Assembly: GCA_035491875.1 (NCBI GenBank)
Contig: DATJKB010000744.1
Location: 919 to 64,918 of the forward strand
Direction: 5' to 3'
Length of the DNA stretch: 64,000 nucleotides
DNA from: Pyrinomonadaceae bacterium
GTDB taxonomy: Bacteria > Acidobacteriota > Blastocatellia > Pyrinomonadales > Pyrinomonadaceae
The notes under the pieces were generated by a model. That model made no database searches. It was given only the letters and a program-made list of their open reading frames with translations, and was not told the DNA's origin. Each line of letters begins with the position of its first letter. The first letter of the stretch is position 1. Below, in pieces: positions 32,045 to 40,642 of the stretch. A program made the position numbers and the translations under genes.

Positions 32045-32468
32045 AGAACTAAGTGGAAGAGAGCTTGAGCTTGAAGTAGCAAAGCGCGTCTTTAACTTTC
32101 GTTGGTTTCATTGCGAGGCAAATGAAGTCGAGCGTAACCAGTTTCTCTCACCGGGGACTGCGGAAGTATGGCGCGAACTGGGATGGGTCTTGACTGAAAT
32201 CGATGGAATGCAGGACGATCAGTTCAACGATGACATTCCGAAGTTTGCCAGATCCATTGAAGCTGCAATGCGGGTAGTTGAGAAGATGCGGGAACAGGGC
32301 TGGTCATTCGCCTGTACGTTGTACGAAGGAAAGTTGCCTTACGCATCATTCTGCAAGGGCACAGTGAAGTCGAGCAGGAATGCCGAGGCCGAGTCACTCG
32401 CGGAAGCAATCTGTCTCGCCGCTCTAGCCGCTATCGAATCTACGCATACAGCACCCGTCTCGGCCTGA
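32037..32468 (+). CDS. Phage ABA-sandwich-domain protein
   Basis: 143 aa. LSGRELELEVAKRVF..W near the N-terminus and SIEAAMRVVEKMREQGW...AESLAEAICLAALAAIE match the pattern of this phage family. The gene converges on the terminase gene end. Confidence 0.5.
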   Translation: MSEELSGRELELEVAKRVFNFRWFHCEANEVERNQFLSPGTAEVWRELGWVLTEIDGMQDDQFNDDIPKFARSIEAAMRVVEKMREQGWSFACTLYEGKLPYASFCKGTVKSSRNAEAESLAEAICLAALAAIESTHTAPVSA

Positions 32469-34839
32469 TGCTGGCTCCGTGCCATGCGAGGGCGAGGCTG
32501 ATGACGCAATTATGGACCACGATGCCATTCGCTATAAATGATCTATCTTCGGCAACTTGAAGATTATAGACCGTGCCTTCAAATTGCCGTTCGGCAATAG
32601 TCTCCACGGGAGAGCCGTAACTAACCGGAGAGAGCTTTCGGGAATGATTATTCTCGGAACCGTCTTCTTTTATCGTAACCCAATATTGAGGCTTAGTAGA
32701 CTTTTCGTAACGCCGCCGCTCATATTTTCTTACCGTTGCGTATAGCCCATTTGCGAGAGCTAGATCTCGCATTCCTAAAGCCAGTCGCGCACTTGTGGTC
32801 GCACCTATCGTGTAGCCGGGAGACTGAACCGTAACGCCGTTCGGTTGCGTTACGTGTGGAGGACGGTGCCAACCATCGCCAGCCAACCATTCATCTACCA
32901 CTGTTTTACCGTGAACTTGTAAACGGTGAAAGTAAGGCGGGAGCTGTTTCTCGCCGGAGGATGAATAACAGGTCTTCAGGGCATGCCATAATAGCTTACT
33001 GGAAAACGTTAAGGCCACGCAGTTACTTCGCGCCTTCTCCGCTCTATTAGAAATTCTCAGCAAGTTGAGATAGTAGCGAAAGTACTCAATCGAATGCACA
33101 TCTTTAACGTTAAATGCGAGGCTCATGGTCCAGCCCGAAGAATTGGAACAGTGACCATCGGCAAGAAAGCGCCCGAGCAAGCTTGCAAATCCTTCATCAA
33201 GTTGCAGTTCTCGCAACTTGATATTCACCGCGCATTTCCCATTGGTGTAAAACTCACGTTCTGTCAGTACATCGCCAACACGCAGTACTGGAGATTCAAC
33301 TACCGTTACCGCACGGTAAGATTTACGCCAGTCGCCCGGTAATACCCACTGCTCGCGTGTAAATGGACCAGAGACATCGCCGGTGTAGTCGCGGCAGACA
33401 GCCAATATTGGGTGATTGTGGCTCAGCGACAGTTCTAGCTGATTTCTAAATTTACAATCATAAAACAGGCCCGAGAAGGGCTTGGTAATCGCCCTCTCTA
33501 CGGGCATATAGCGACCGCGATGAGTAAGCACCTGATCACCGGGTTGGACTTCTTCAATTGGACGATAGCCAGTCAATGTTTTAATCAGCGTTCCCTGCGG
33601 CAAACAGTCATCGTGATAACCTTCCGGGCTCGAATATCTCAGCATCCCACTCGGCAATCTCTCAGCTTCATAGGCTTGCAATTCAGCAATCAGTACTGGG
33701 TTATCAATTATGCGCAAATCGCCTTTCTCCAACGCAAGCGCGAGCGAGTCTATCGCTTCAGCTTTAGACGCATTCGTGGTCGTAAATGGGTGGACGTTGT
33801 AGCCTTCACGCTGGAGTTGCTCAATCAGCGGAATGCCGATGGAGTTGTGCTCAGGGATGAGAGTCTTCGTCTTAAACTTCGTGGCGAGCGTGCGCAACCT
33901 CTCAATCTGCACGGTGTAGTCGATCTGATTGAAGCGATCCACGTAGACCAACTCCTTCGTCGTCACGTCAATTACACTCAGCACCGTGAAATCGTTATAC
34001 TTGCCCCAGTCGATTCCGATCAGGTAGTTATGTCCATCGAGGGCTGAGTCTTGAGCAGTGGCACAAGCTGATTCGAGCACTCGTCTAAACACTCCACCCG
34101 CGTCGTCGATGAACTCAGCCAGATACTCTTGTCGAAAGATGCGCTCCGGCAGTTCCAATCGCGCCGCTTCGATCTCTTTGTCGAGATCGGTGAGGGTAGT
34201 ATTGACCGACGACGGCATCTGCCACGAGCGCCATTCGTCTTTGAGTGGATCTTGTCCCCAGTTGTAGATCGTGCGGAAAAAGTTCGAGCCACGTGGAGTG
34301 GAGAGGAACCACGCATCACCTTGATAGTCAGTGAGAGTGGGTCGAATTGACGCTTGCCATGCATCTCCCAGATAACGCACGAGGGCTGCTTCGTCAACGA
34401 TCACCAGCTTGTACTTGCGACTTCTACCTGCGTCGGGATTGTCCAGCGACCAGCACTCCAGCACCCCTTTCGTCGAGAGTTCCAGTCGATGCTCCTGCGT
34501 GGATTTGTCCACTGTCACTGGAGCGAACACTCGTTGTAAGTCGCGCCAGCTATCTGCGAGAATCTTGTATGAGGGTGCGAACCACCCGACAGGCCAACCC
34601 GCCATGAGATAGTCGCCACTGACATCCTGACCGAATACTGACTTACCCGCGCGTCGGCCTAACGCAGCAACATTGAACCTGCGCGCTTCAGCTTTCATCT
34701 TCTTCTGCGCTTCGTGAAGAGCGGGACGAATCAACCCGCCGCCCTTGAGTCGCTGTCGCCGCGCATCCTCCAGCTTGTCCTCGATGGGCCAGAGGTGCTT
34801 GAGACGGAGGGATGGTGGGAGATTGAGATCGTCGCTCAT
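32440..34839 (-). CDS. terL: Terminase large subunit interrupted by an intein
   Basis: 799 aa. Walker A GRRAGKS and Walker B KLVIVDEA are present. The nuclease domain motifs run ...IGIDWGKYNDF... and end at GYHDD, where the intein begins. The C-extein resumes CVISLALAW. Confidence 0.9.
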   Translation of the reverse strand: MSDDLNLPPSLRLKHLWPIEDKLEDARRQRLKGGGLIRPALHEAQKKMKAEARRFNVAALGRRAGKSVFGQDVSGDYLMAGWPVGWFAPSYKILADSWRDLQRVFAPVTVDKSTQEHRLELSTKGVLECWSLDNPDAGRSRKYKLVIVDEAALVRYLGDAWQASIRPTLTDYQGDAWFLSTPRGSNFFRTIYNWGQDPLKDEWRSWQMPSSVNTTLTDLDKEIEAARLELPERIFRQEYLAEFIDDAGGVFRRVLESACATAQDSALDGHNYLIGIDWGKYNDFTVLSVIDVTTKELVYVDRFNQIDYTVQIERLRTLATKFKTKTLIPEHNSIGIPLIEQLQREGYNVHPFTTTNASKAEAIDSLALALEKGDLRIIDNPVLIAELQAYEAERLPSGMLRYSSPEGYHDDCLPQGTLIKTLTGYRPIEEVQPGDQVLTHRGRYMPVERAITKPFSGLFYDCKFRNQLELSLSHNHPILAVCRDYTGDVSGPFTREQWVLPGDWRKSYRAVTVVESPVLRVGDVLTEREFYTNGKCAVNIKLRELQLDEGFASLLGRFLADGHCSNSSGWTMSLAFNVKDVHSIEYFRYYLNLLRISNRAEKARSNCVALTFSSKLLWHALKTCYSSSGEKQLPPYFHRLQVHGKTVVDEWLAGDGWHRPPHVTQPNGVTVQSPGYTIGATTSARLALGMRDLALANGLYATVRKYERRRYEKSTKPQYWVTIKEDGSENNHSRKLSPVSYGSPVETIAERQFEGTVYNLQVAEDRSFIANGIVVHNCVISLALAWHGASIRPRRVLYA
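32509..33606 (-). mobile_element. Intein (366 aa) with LAGLIDADG-type homing endonuclease domain
   Basis: It starts CLPQGTLIKT at residue 412 (codon 33606..33604 is TGT). It ends ...ANGIVVHN (codon 32511..32509 is AAT), followed by Cys+1. Internal LLGRFLADGH and DEWLAGDGWH resemble the two LAGLIDADG motifs. Confidence 0.8.
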
Positions 34840-35180
34840 TCGATAATGTCCGACCAGTCCATCGCGTCTACTTCTGCACGTACGCGCTCACGCGCAAACT
34901 GTTGAAGCTCAAGCGCCTCAGTTTTCCCGACGATGGCTATCAACGGCGCTAAGCTATCCGGCGTAACGCGCATGATTACAATTCGACGATCGGGTTGAGC
35001 GATGATTACCAAACCGTGCTCAATGGCCCATTCATCAATCTGCTCGTGGCTCCATCCGGCAAACGCGGTTGAAAGTTCAGACGAGCAGCGATAAGTTCTA
35101 CCATTCGCGTCAACGTCTTTAACGATTCGCTCACGGATTCTCGACAAAAGGTCGAAGGGATATTCAGGAACGGTGTCCAT
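34836..35180 (-). CDS. Hypothetical protein upstream of terL (possible small terminase subunit by position only)
   Basis: 114 aa with an ATGA overlap to the terL start. No DNA-binding motif recognised. Confidence 0.4.
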   Translation of the reverse strand: MDTVPEYPFDLLSRIRERIVKDVDANGRTYRCSSELSTAFAGWSHEQIDEWAIEHGLVIIAQPDRRIVIMRVTPDSLAPLIAIVGKTEALELQQFARERVRAEVDAMDWSDIIE

Positions 35181-35222
35181 CGTCGCGCAGTATACAATAG
35201 AACTTGACGGGTATGTGCGCTG

Positions 35223-35510
35223 CTATTCGTTCAACGCAGATCGCAGCCAGTCACTGAGAGTCTTAATGTATTGCTGCTTCATCTCAATCGACTCGCGTAG
35301 TAAGCAAATCGCCGAGGCGTTTGAAATGGCGCAAGAGTAAGGTTCCTGTCGAACGAAAGTAGAAACCGTTATAGTTGCCTCGCCTAGCGGTAGTGAATCC
35401 AACACCCTGATCAGATCAGCAGCATTGGCAATCTCACCTTGCAGTTTAACGATAGCACTTGCGTTGTGAGCAATACTACCAGCAGTGTCGCGGTCTAGTG
35501 CGTTGTCCAT
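35223..35510 (-). CDS. Hypothetical protein (95 aa)
   Basis: Track ORF 35223..35600. ATG 35510 is preceded by a perfect AAGGAGG (35521..35515), so the hydrophobic N-terminal extension in the track is probably not translated. Confidence 0.5.
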   Translation of the reverse strand: MDNALDRDTAGSIAHNASAIVKLQGEIANAADLIRVLDSLPLGEATITVSTFVRQEPYSCAISNASAICLLRESIEMKQQYIKTLSDWLRSALNE

Positions 35511-35519
35511 AATTCCTCC

Positions 35520-35548
35520 TTGACATCCATCATCGCACAAGATATTGT
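35520..35548 (+). promoter_or_regulatory. Sigma70-type promoter TTGACA-N17-TATTGT
   Basis: -35 at 35520..35525 and -10 at 35543..35548. This is the start of the plus-strand block. Confidence 0.5.
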
Positions 35549-35571
35549 TAGGAGTCAATAGTAGGGCGAGA

Positions 35572-36084
35572 ATGAGAAGAGCTAACCTAAAAAACATCAA
35601 AGAAGGCGACCGTGTTTGGGTTGATTACGACCGAAAACAAATCATTTGCACGGTAGTCAGGTTAACGCCTAAGCAGGTCGTAACAGACTGGCCGTGGGGG
35701 AAGGACGGCGCGCGATTCTATCGCGGCAAGCTATCTCGATACGATAAGCAGCCGCATTATCGCAAGATTGGTTACAGCGGGTGGTACGGCTCAGAGATCC
35801 AAGCCATTGCAACCAAATCTCAATGCGCCGAGTACGATGCGGCACAAGAGCAGCGGAAGCAAGAGGCCGAACGGGAAACACTGGCCCGCCAAGAAAAAGA
35901 GGCACATCGCGGTAAACTAAACGCGCTATTCGGTAAACGTATGGTATGTGTTTACGAGAGCCATCATAATAAAAGCGCCGAGTGGCTGGTGCACGTAAGC
36001 CTAACAACGCAGGGGGTCATCAAGCTAGCCGCGCTACTGGAAGCACTGACCATGCAGGAATTACCATCATGGGAAACGGATTGA
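35572..36084 (+). CDS. Hypothetical protein (170 aa)
   Basis: Track ORF 35545..36084. ATG 35572 lies downstream of the promoter. Confidence 0.5.
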   Translation: MRRANLKNIKEGDRVWVDYDRKQIICTVVRLTPKQVVTDWPWGKDGARFYRGKLSRYDKQPHYRKIGYSGWYGSEIQAIATKSQCAEYDAAQEQRKQEAERETLARQEKEAHRGKLNALFGKRMVCVYESHHNKSAEWLVHVSLTTQGVIKLAALLEALTMQELPSWETD

Positions 36085-36338
36085 TCGAGACGAAAAACGA
36101 TCCCAAAACTAGAACCATCCACGTCCGCTGCACCTTCATCATCCCAGTCGAAGTGCCGGACGATCCGAGCTATGACGCCGTGTTCGACATCGAGGAGAAC
36201 CATTGTCCGGGGACGGGGCGAGTGGGAGCGGGAGCGGCGATCGAGCGGTACATAGACGAATGTGGTGAACAGGGGATTTGCTGGGCTTGTGCGTTGGGTG
36301 AGGAGAATAAGATCGTGGAGGTGAAATCGTCACGGTGA
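36069..36338 (+). CDS. Hypothetical Cys-containing protein (89 aa)
   Basis: Internal ATG of track ORF 35982..36338, chosen to avoid a long overlap. Confidence 0.4.
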   Translation: MGNGLIETKNDPKTRTIHVRCTFIIPVEVPDDPSYDAVFDIEENHCPGTGRVGAGAAIERYIDECGEQGICWACALGEENKIVEVKSSR

Positions 36339-36580
36339 GCACGCGACTGCAAAACGAACTTCGTCTCCTCTACGCAGTGGAAGCCGCGTACAAACTCCCC
36401 GCTGCGCCGATCATTCGTCAACTCATTGCGTGGGAGGATGCGGGATTGCCGGATGTACTCCCACCCATGCCCGAGTGGCGAGAGTTCGCATGGCCTGCGA
36501 GTGGCGGGGTGAATTTGGAGGACTACTGGCGCACGGTGGATAAGGGCAAGTTGCAGAAGTGGAGTGGGCCGTACTTATGA
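36335..36580 (+). CDS. Hypothetical protein (81 aa)
   Basis: Track ORF with a GTGA overlap. Confidence 0.4.
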   Translation: MSTRLQNELRLLYAVEAAYKLPAAPIIRQLIAWEDAGLPDVLPPMPEWREFAWPASGGVNLEDYWRTVDKGKLQKWSGPYL

Positions 36581-36948
36581 GTAGGCCGAGAGCCGGACAT
36601 GCGTGGACAGCGTTCAAGGATTCGTCGGGACGGTTTATTCACCTGATTGCCAAATCTGACGGACGCTGGATTACCACCGGAGAAGCGCAGGGCTGGCATC
36701 GCTGTCCGAGGTGTCGGAAGCCATTCGATGTAGATCCGTTCGATTCCGGCTTGTGTGTCCATTGTTACTTTTACGGGAACGACTTACCCTCGGACGAGTT
36801 CTGGCGCATTCACAAAAGCGGCTACCCATTCGCGCCCTACAATATCGGCCAGCGCGTAACGAAGAATCGCCTAGACCTGAGCGGGCTCAGCAGAGGCGAC
36901 TGGCGCAAGGCGCTGCGAGAACAACAGGCTATGGAGTCAGCCAAATGA
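36577..36948 (+). CDS. Hypothetical protein with CxxC...CxxC (123 aa)
   Basis: ATG 36577 has an ATGA overlap. Motif: HRCPRCRKPFDVDPFDSGLCVHC. Confidence 0.45.
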   Translation: MSRPRAGHAWTAFKDSSGRFIHLIAKSDGRWITTGEAQGWHRCPRCRKPFDVDPFDSGLCVHCYFYGNDLPSDEFWRIHKSGYPFAPYNIGQRVTKNRLDLSGLSRGDWRKALREQQAMESAK

Positions 36949-37136
36949 TCACTCCAGACGACGCTCTCAATCTCCTGCTCGACTACCCGACAATCATCCA
37001 TCTCGTGCTGGATGGGTACGAGCCGAGGTTGGCGAGCGTGCTCATTGAGATGTTTCGTGAGTTGGATGATGAGACGGCGAGGATGAGTGTGAAGTTGTGG
37101 GCACAGGCGGCGGAGAAAGAATGCAACAACAACTAA
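36945..37136 (+). CDS. Hypothetical protein (63 aa)
   Basis: ATG 36945 has an ATGA overlap with the previous stop. Confidence 0.4.
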   Translation: MITPDDALNLLLDYPTIIHLVLDGYEPRLASVLIEMFRELDDETARMSVKLWAQAAEKECNNN

Positions 37137-37339
37137 CAACTGACACACCAACTGAAACAGGCTGGTATCCTACTTATTCTACATGGGACGAGAACGAAGG
37201 CATGTTTCCCGGCGCGCATTACTGGAACGGATCAGAATGGGAACCCATAACGACAGCATCGATCACACGCTGGTCCGTAAAATTCGATACGGAACACGAG
37301 GCGCGAATACATGCGGATCAATACGATCCCGAGCGATAG
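37121..37339 (+). CDS. Hypothetical protein (72 aa)
   Basis: ATG 37121 is preceded by GGAGAAAGA. Confidence 0.4.
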   Translation: MQQQLTTDTPTETGWYPTYSTWDENEGMFPGAHYWNGSEWEPITTASITRWSVKFDTEHEARIHADQYDPER

Positions 37340-37356
37340 CAGTGAGGAGCACGCAA

Positions 37357-37740
37357 TTGAACGAAACAGCACACGGCAAGTTGGATAAGGTCAACACTCG
37401 GTTATGTCGAGAGCGGTTATCCGTGTCCTCGTATCTGCAAGCTCTTTATCCTAACTTCAGCTTCTGTGGTCGCTGCGAGTTTCCGTGGCCCGTGGTTCGG
37501 TCGCATGACACGTCATACAGATCGGGTAGTTCATGCTTCCCGCTTTGCGAAGACTGCTGGCAGGAGTTAGGGACGCCCGCAAATCGACTCCCTTACTACA
37601 TGGCACTGATGGACCTATGGGAGAGCGAAGCGCACAGGCTGGATCTTGAGTCCGAACTGGCCGAGTTGCCGCAACGTCGTGAACTGGTTCGGCGAGCGGT
37701 GCTGGAAGAGGGACGGGAACCGGGAGAGGCGAGGAATTGA
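37357..37740 (+). CDS. Cys-rich hypothetical protein (127 aa)
   Basis: TTG 37357 is preceded by GAGGAG. Motifs: FCGRCEFPW and CFPLCEDCW. The start is uncertain. Confidence 0.4.
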   Translation: MNETAHGKLDKVNTRLCRERLSVSSYLQALYPNFSFCGRCEFPWPVVRSHDTSYRSGSSCFPLCEDCWQELGTPANRLPYYMALMDLWESEAHRLDLESELAELPQRRELVRRAVLEEGREPGEARN

Positions 37741-37741
37741 G

Positions 37742-37987
37742 ATGATCGATCACGACGACAACTGCGGCGGCTGTCGCGTCAACCAACGAATGCATAAGCA
37801 TGGCGGTTGCTTCGTCACGAGCGATCTAGCTTACTGTAGGCGTTGTGGTCCAACACGTAACTCAAGCTCATACCTGCATCAAGTTCAAGGGAAGTCCTAC
37901 TGCGCCTCCTGTGCTGACATCATGGCGCAAGCTCACGCCGAGAGCTTCTACGTGGCGGGGATGTATGGCGTGATGCCGAGTTTGTAG
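37742..37987 (+). CDS. Cys-rich hypothetical protein (81 aa)
   Basis: ATG 37742. Three CxxC pairs: CGGC, CRRC and CASC. Confidence 0.45.
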   Translation: MIDHDDNCGGCRVNQRMHKHGGCFVTSDLAYCRRCGPTRNSSSYLHQVQGKSYCASCADIMAQAHAESFYVAGMYGVMPSL

Positions 37988-38021
37988 CTTAGGTAAATTC
38001 AACGCCCGAAAGGTAACTCAC

Positions 38022-38372
38022 ATGTTCAATGAATGGATTCCGTTACGCGGTAGCAACCCGCCCAAGGATACGCCGCTACTGACCGCGGATCGCTACGGGA
38101 ATATCTGTAGCGCCAGAATGTTGGGTAATGTCTGGATTGGCACAAAACTGGGACGAGAACCTACGCATTGGGCGCTCTTACCCCCGCCGCCAGAGCAGCC
38201 CTCCGGCGAGTCCCTGTTCGAGCCCGGTCACTGCAATATGTGCGGTGCTACTGAATCTTTATCGATAATTCAGGTCGTTTCTACCGGAGTTATCCGCACG
38301 GTATGTGAGTACTGCCGGGGACCGCGGAATAACAATAACTACCGCGAATGGCTGGGCGACCAGAAAGACTGA
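38022..38372 (+). CDS. DUF551-like protein
   Basis: Motif: NEWIPLRGSNPPKDTPLL...VWIG...EPTHWALLPPPPE, matching the W...P...vl...THW.pLP.pP pattern. Confidence 0.5.
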   Translation: MFNEWIPLRGSNPPKDTPLLTADRYGNICSARMLGNVWIGTKLGREPTHWALLPPPPEQPSGESLFEPGHCNMCGATESLSIIQVVSTGVIRTVCEYCRGPRNNNNYREWLGDQKD

Positions 38373-38373
38373 T

Positions 38374-38736
38374 ATGAAGCTACATGAAATCGACTCTACT
38401 AAACGCTACGTGCTGGCGATCGAGTGCGCTGACATCGCCACAGAAGATCTCAGTCGAATGCAGGAGCGACTCCAGGAGCGTGGACTGTACAATATCACTA
38501 TCGTCGCAGGGCCAGTCTCCATGTCGGAACCATTGCGCTACTGGGGCATCTGGGTAAGTCCGCCGAATCAGCAGCCGGGCTGGGCACGTAACGGCAGTGG
38601 CGACTTTCTCTACTACCCAAGTCCAGTGCTGGCTGAAGCGCGTCGAACAGATCTAGGCTGGGAGCACTGCGAGGTGAAGGAGTTCACGCTCGGTGATACA
38701 CTGCGGGATGTGGAGGATTGCCTTCGGAAAGGCTAA
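38374..38736 (+). CDS. Hypothetical protein (120 aa)
   Basis: ATG 38374 lies 2 nt after the previous stop. Confidence 0.45.
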   Translation: MKLHEIDSTKRYVLAIECADIATEDLSRMQERLQERGLYNITIVAGPVSMSEPLRYWGIWVSPPNQQPGWARNGSGDFLYYPSPVLAEARRTDLGWEHCEVKEFTLGDTLRDVEDCLRKG

Positions 38737-38742
38737 ATCGCG

Positions 38743-39351
38743 ATGACATGGCTCGACAACGAGGGACAGGTCAGACCGCAATCATGGGAGGAGTATTGCG
38801 AGATCGAAGCAGGTAAGCGCCGCCTGCCGGAATGGATGATTCCGAGTCGTAACTATCTGCCGCAACCATTACACCCGCCTCCACGTCGCATCGCAAAAGA
38901 AGAATCGCGCGAGAAGATCTTAAAGATGCGACTGCGGCTATTTCACGCTGATCCGCATTGCTTCTGGTGCGGACAAAAAACTCTCTACGGCGCAGTGGGA
39001 AATCCCTTACAAACTACCGTAGACCATCTTTATTCACGTCTCCACCCTGAAAGAGCGAATCGCTATCGGGAACAGAAAGGCGTGCTGCACGTATTAGCTT
39101 GTTCAGTTTGTAACAATGAGCGCGGAGTCTGCGAACAGCAACAGCGACCCTTTATTCCAAAACTGGCAGAGCGGCTGTCTTTCGCTCGGCAGGCAGATGC
39201 AACGCTGGCAGGTGGAGGTGGTACTAGTCCATCGCAGACTAACTCCCTGCAAGGGATTGCGTCGGAGGAGCCATCCCGATTGCCGCCGATGCGAGTAATC
39301 CAAACACTGGAAGAAGCTATCGAGTACGCACGGAATAATCCGTCGAGATGA
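38743..39351 (+). CDS. HNH endonuclease
   Basis: Motif CFWCGQKT...TVDHLYSRLHPER...VLACSVCNNERG (C..C...DH...C..CN). Confidence 0.7.
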   Translation: MTWLDNEGQVRPQSWEEYCEIEAGKRRLPEWMIPSRNYLPQPLHPPPRRIAKEESREKILKMRLRLFHADPHCFWCGQKTLYGAVGNPLQTTVDHLYSRLHPERANRYREQKGVLHVLACSVCNNERGVCEQQQRPFIPKLAERLSFARQADATLAGGGGTSPSQTNSLQGIASEEPSRLPPMRVIQTLEEAIEYARNNPSR

Positions 39352-39448
39352 GCAGGTAACAAGATGTTGTATAAGTCGAGAAGGGGAAAATTTACACGAG
39401 GGTGTGACCCCACCCCTCCAGCTCCCCCAACACTTTTAGATTTGAGGT

Positions 39449-39745
39449 GTGAGAGTGATGATGATGATGATCGATTCAGACGATGATAACGACGACGACA
39501 ATCGACTACGCCACGTGAGCAGGTACGGGCGCAGTCAGAGACATGATCGCGGGACGGTGAAAGGTGATAATGATCGTAAAACTACCGCAGTCTTCGCCGG
39601 GGGATTTGCTTTTATGATGCTTCTACTGGCGTTGTCAGTTGCGGCGCGTAGTGGTTGGCCCAGTGTTGCGATACTACCTACAATACTAATACCCCCTATC
39701 TCGTTTGGGTTAATGTATTTCTTTTTGCGATGGCTGGATCTATGA
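39449..39745 (+). CDS. Membrane protein with Asp-rich N-terminus and two TM helices (98 aa)
   Basis: Track ORF. The start is uncertain. Confidence 0.4.
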   Translation: MRVMMMMIDSDDDNDDDNRLRHVSRYGRSQRHDRGTVKGDNDRKTTAVFAGGFAFMMLLLALSVAARSGWPSVAILPTILIPPISFGLMYFFLRWLDL

Positions 39746-39831
39746 CAGCCTAGAACCACGTGGCCCAACGATGACAGTGACGACTATACGCAGTTGTGAG
39801 TAGTGGTCTAAGTGGGTTGTTGAGGGATTAC

Positions 39832-39920
39832 GCTGGCGTAGCACAATGGCAGTGCGGCGGACTTATAATCCGTAAGCCCCGGATTAGGGCGTGATGAAGG
39901 TTCGAGTCCTTCCGCCAGCA
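39832..39920 (+). tRNA. Class II (long variable arm) tRNA with anticodon UAU
   Basis: Fold: acceptor GCTGGCG/CGCCAGC 7/7, D arm GCAC-AATGGCA-GTGC, anticodon arm GCGGA-CTTATAA-TCCGT (anticodon 39864..39866), T arm GAAGG-TTCGAGT-CCTTC. The variable region is 22 nt with a GCCC/GGGC stem. A73. No encoded CCA. Confidence 0.75.
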
Positions 39921-39958
39921 TTAGTTGTGGTCTATGTCTGCTACTGAGAGTAGGGCGG

Positions 39959-40072
39959 TTAATAACGAGGGCGCGAGTTCTGGTACACACGGTAAGCCAA
40001 CCATGCTACGCCACCTACTCCTCCAGCGTATATAGCACACAGGAAAATCAGCGCAAATAAGCTCGAATTCAT
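39959..40072 (-). CDS. Possible 37-aa single-TM peptide
   Basis: Hand-found: MNSSLFALIFLCAIYAGGVGGVAWLAYRVYQNSRPRY. It lies 15 nt downstream of the HTH gene. It is very short, so the call is weak. Confidence 0.2.
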   Translation of the reverse strand: MNSSLFALIFLCAIYAGGVGGVAWLAYRVYQNSRPRY

Positions 40073-40087
40073 ATTGCTTCTGCTCCG

Positions 40088-40612
40088 TTACGAAGGATTG
40101 AGCGCGTCTTCATCGACTACTTCCCCTTGTGCCGACAACTCCTCGCTACTACCACTGGTTGCGCTAACATCAATCGCCGGACTCAACTGCCGCTGCTCAC
40201 TCTCTCCCACTTGCACACTATGCTCTCCTGTGAGTAGTTCAGCTAACTTACTCAGATCAATCTTCGCTCCGTCTGTTTCACTTTGCGCATACTTCAACCA
40301 GTCTAGTGGATCTTTCTCAGTACAAAGGACGCCGTTCTCATCCATCAGCGAACGAATGACCCGCATTACATGACGCATGCGTTCGGCACGTGAGGAAACG
40401 TCCAGCATTACAGATAACCGATCTACTTCCAGGCAAAATTCAGGATCGTCTAACCAGTTGTAAATAGTTGCCCGGCAAACCCCTACGTCATCCGCGACAT
40501 ACTGCTTATTATAGCCTAAAGCCAGTAAAGACGCGGCTCTGGAGCGAGTCTTATCCCAGACGATTTTCTGTTGCTGATGACGCGTGTAATCGGAAACGTA
40601 AGAAGTACTCAT
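40088..40612 (-). CDS. HTH DNA-binding protein (terminase-small-subunit-like N-terminus)
   Basis: 174 aa. LLALGYNKQYVADDVGVCRATIYNWLDDPEF resembles the HTH of small terminase or regulator proteins. The C-terminus is acidic. Confidence 0.45.
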   Translation of the reverse strand: MSTSYVSDYTRHQQQKIVWDKTRSRAASLLALGYNKQYVADDVGVCRATIYNWLDDPEFCLEVDRLSVMLDVSSRAERMRHVMRVIRSLMDENGVLCTEKDPLDWLKYAQSETDGAKIDLSKLAELLTGEHSVQVGESEQRQLSPAIDVSATSGSSEELSAQGEVVDEDALNPS

Positions 40613-40642
40613 CGCAACAAGAGTTTACACAACTTTGTTTCA

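Noticed and set aside
35511-35600. N-terminal extension of ORF 35223..35600 that looks like a signal peptide or lipoprotein signal
   Set aside because: A perfect AAGGAGG lies 5 nt upstream of the internal ATG 35510. The extension also overlaps the divergent promoter, so the shorter protein is preferred.
39808-39990. 60-aa minus-strand ORF
   Set aside because: It overlaps the perfectly folding tRNA at 39832..39920 on the opposite strand.
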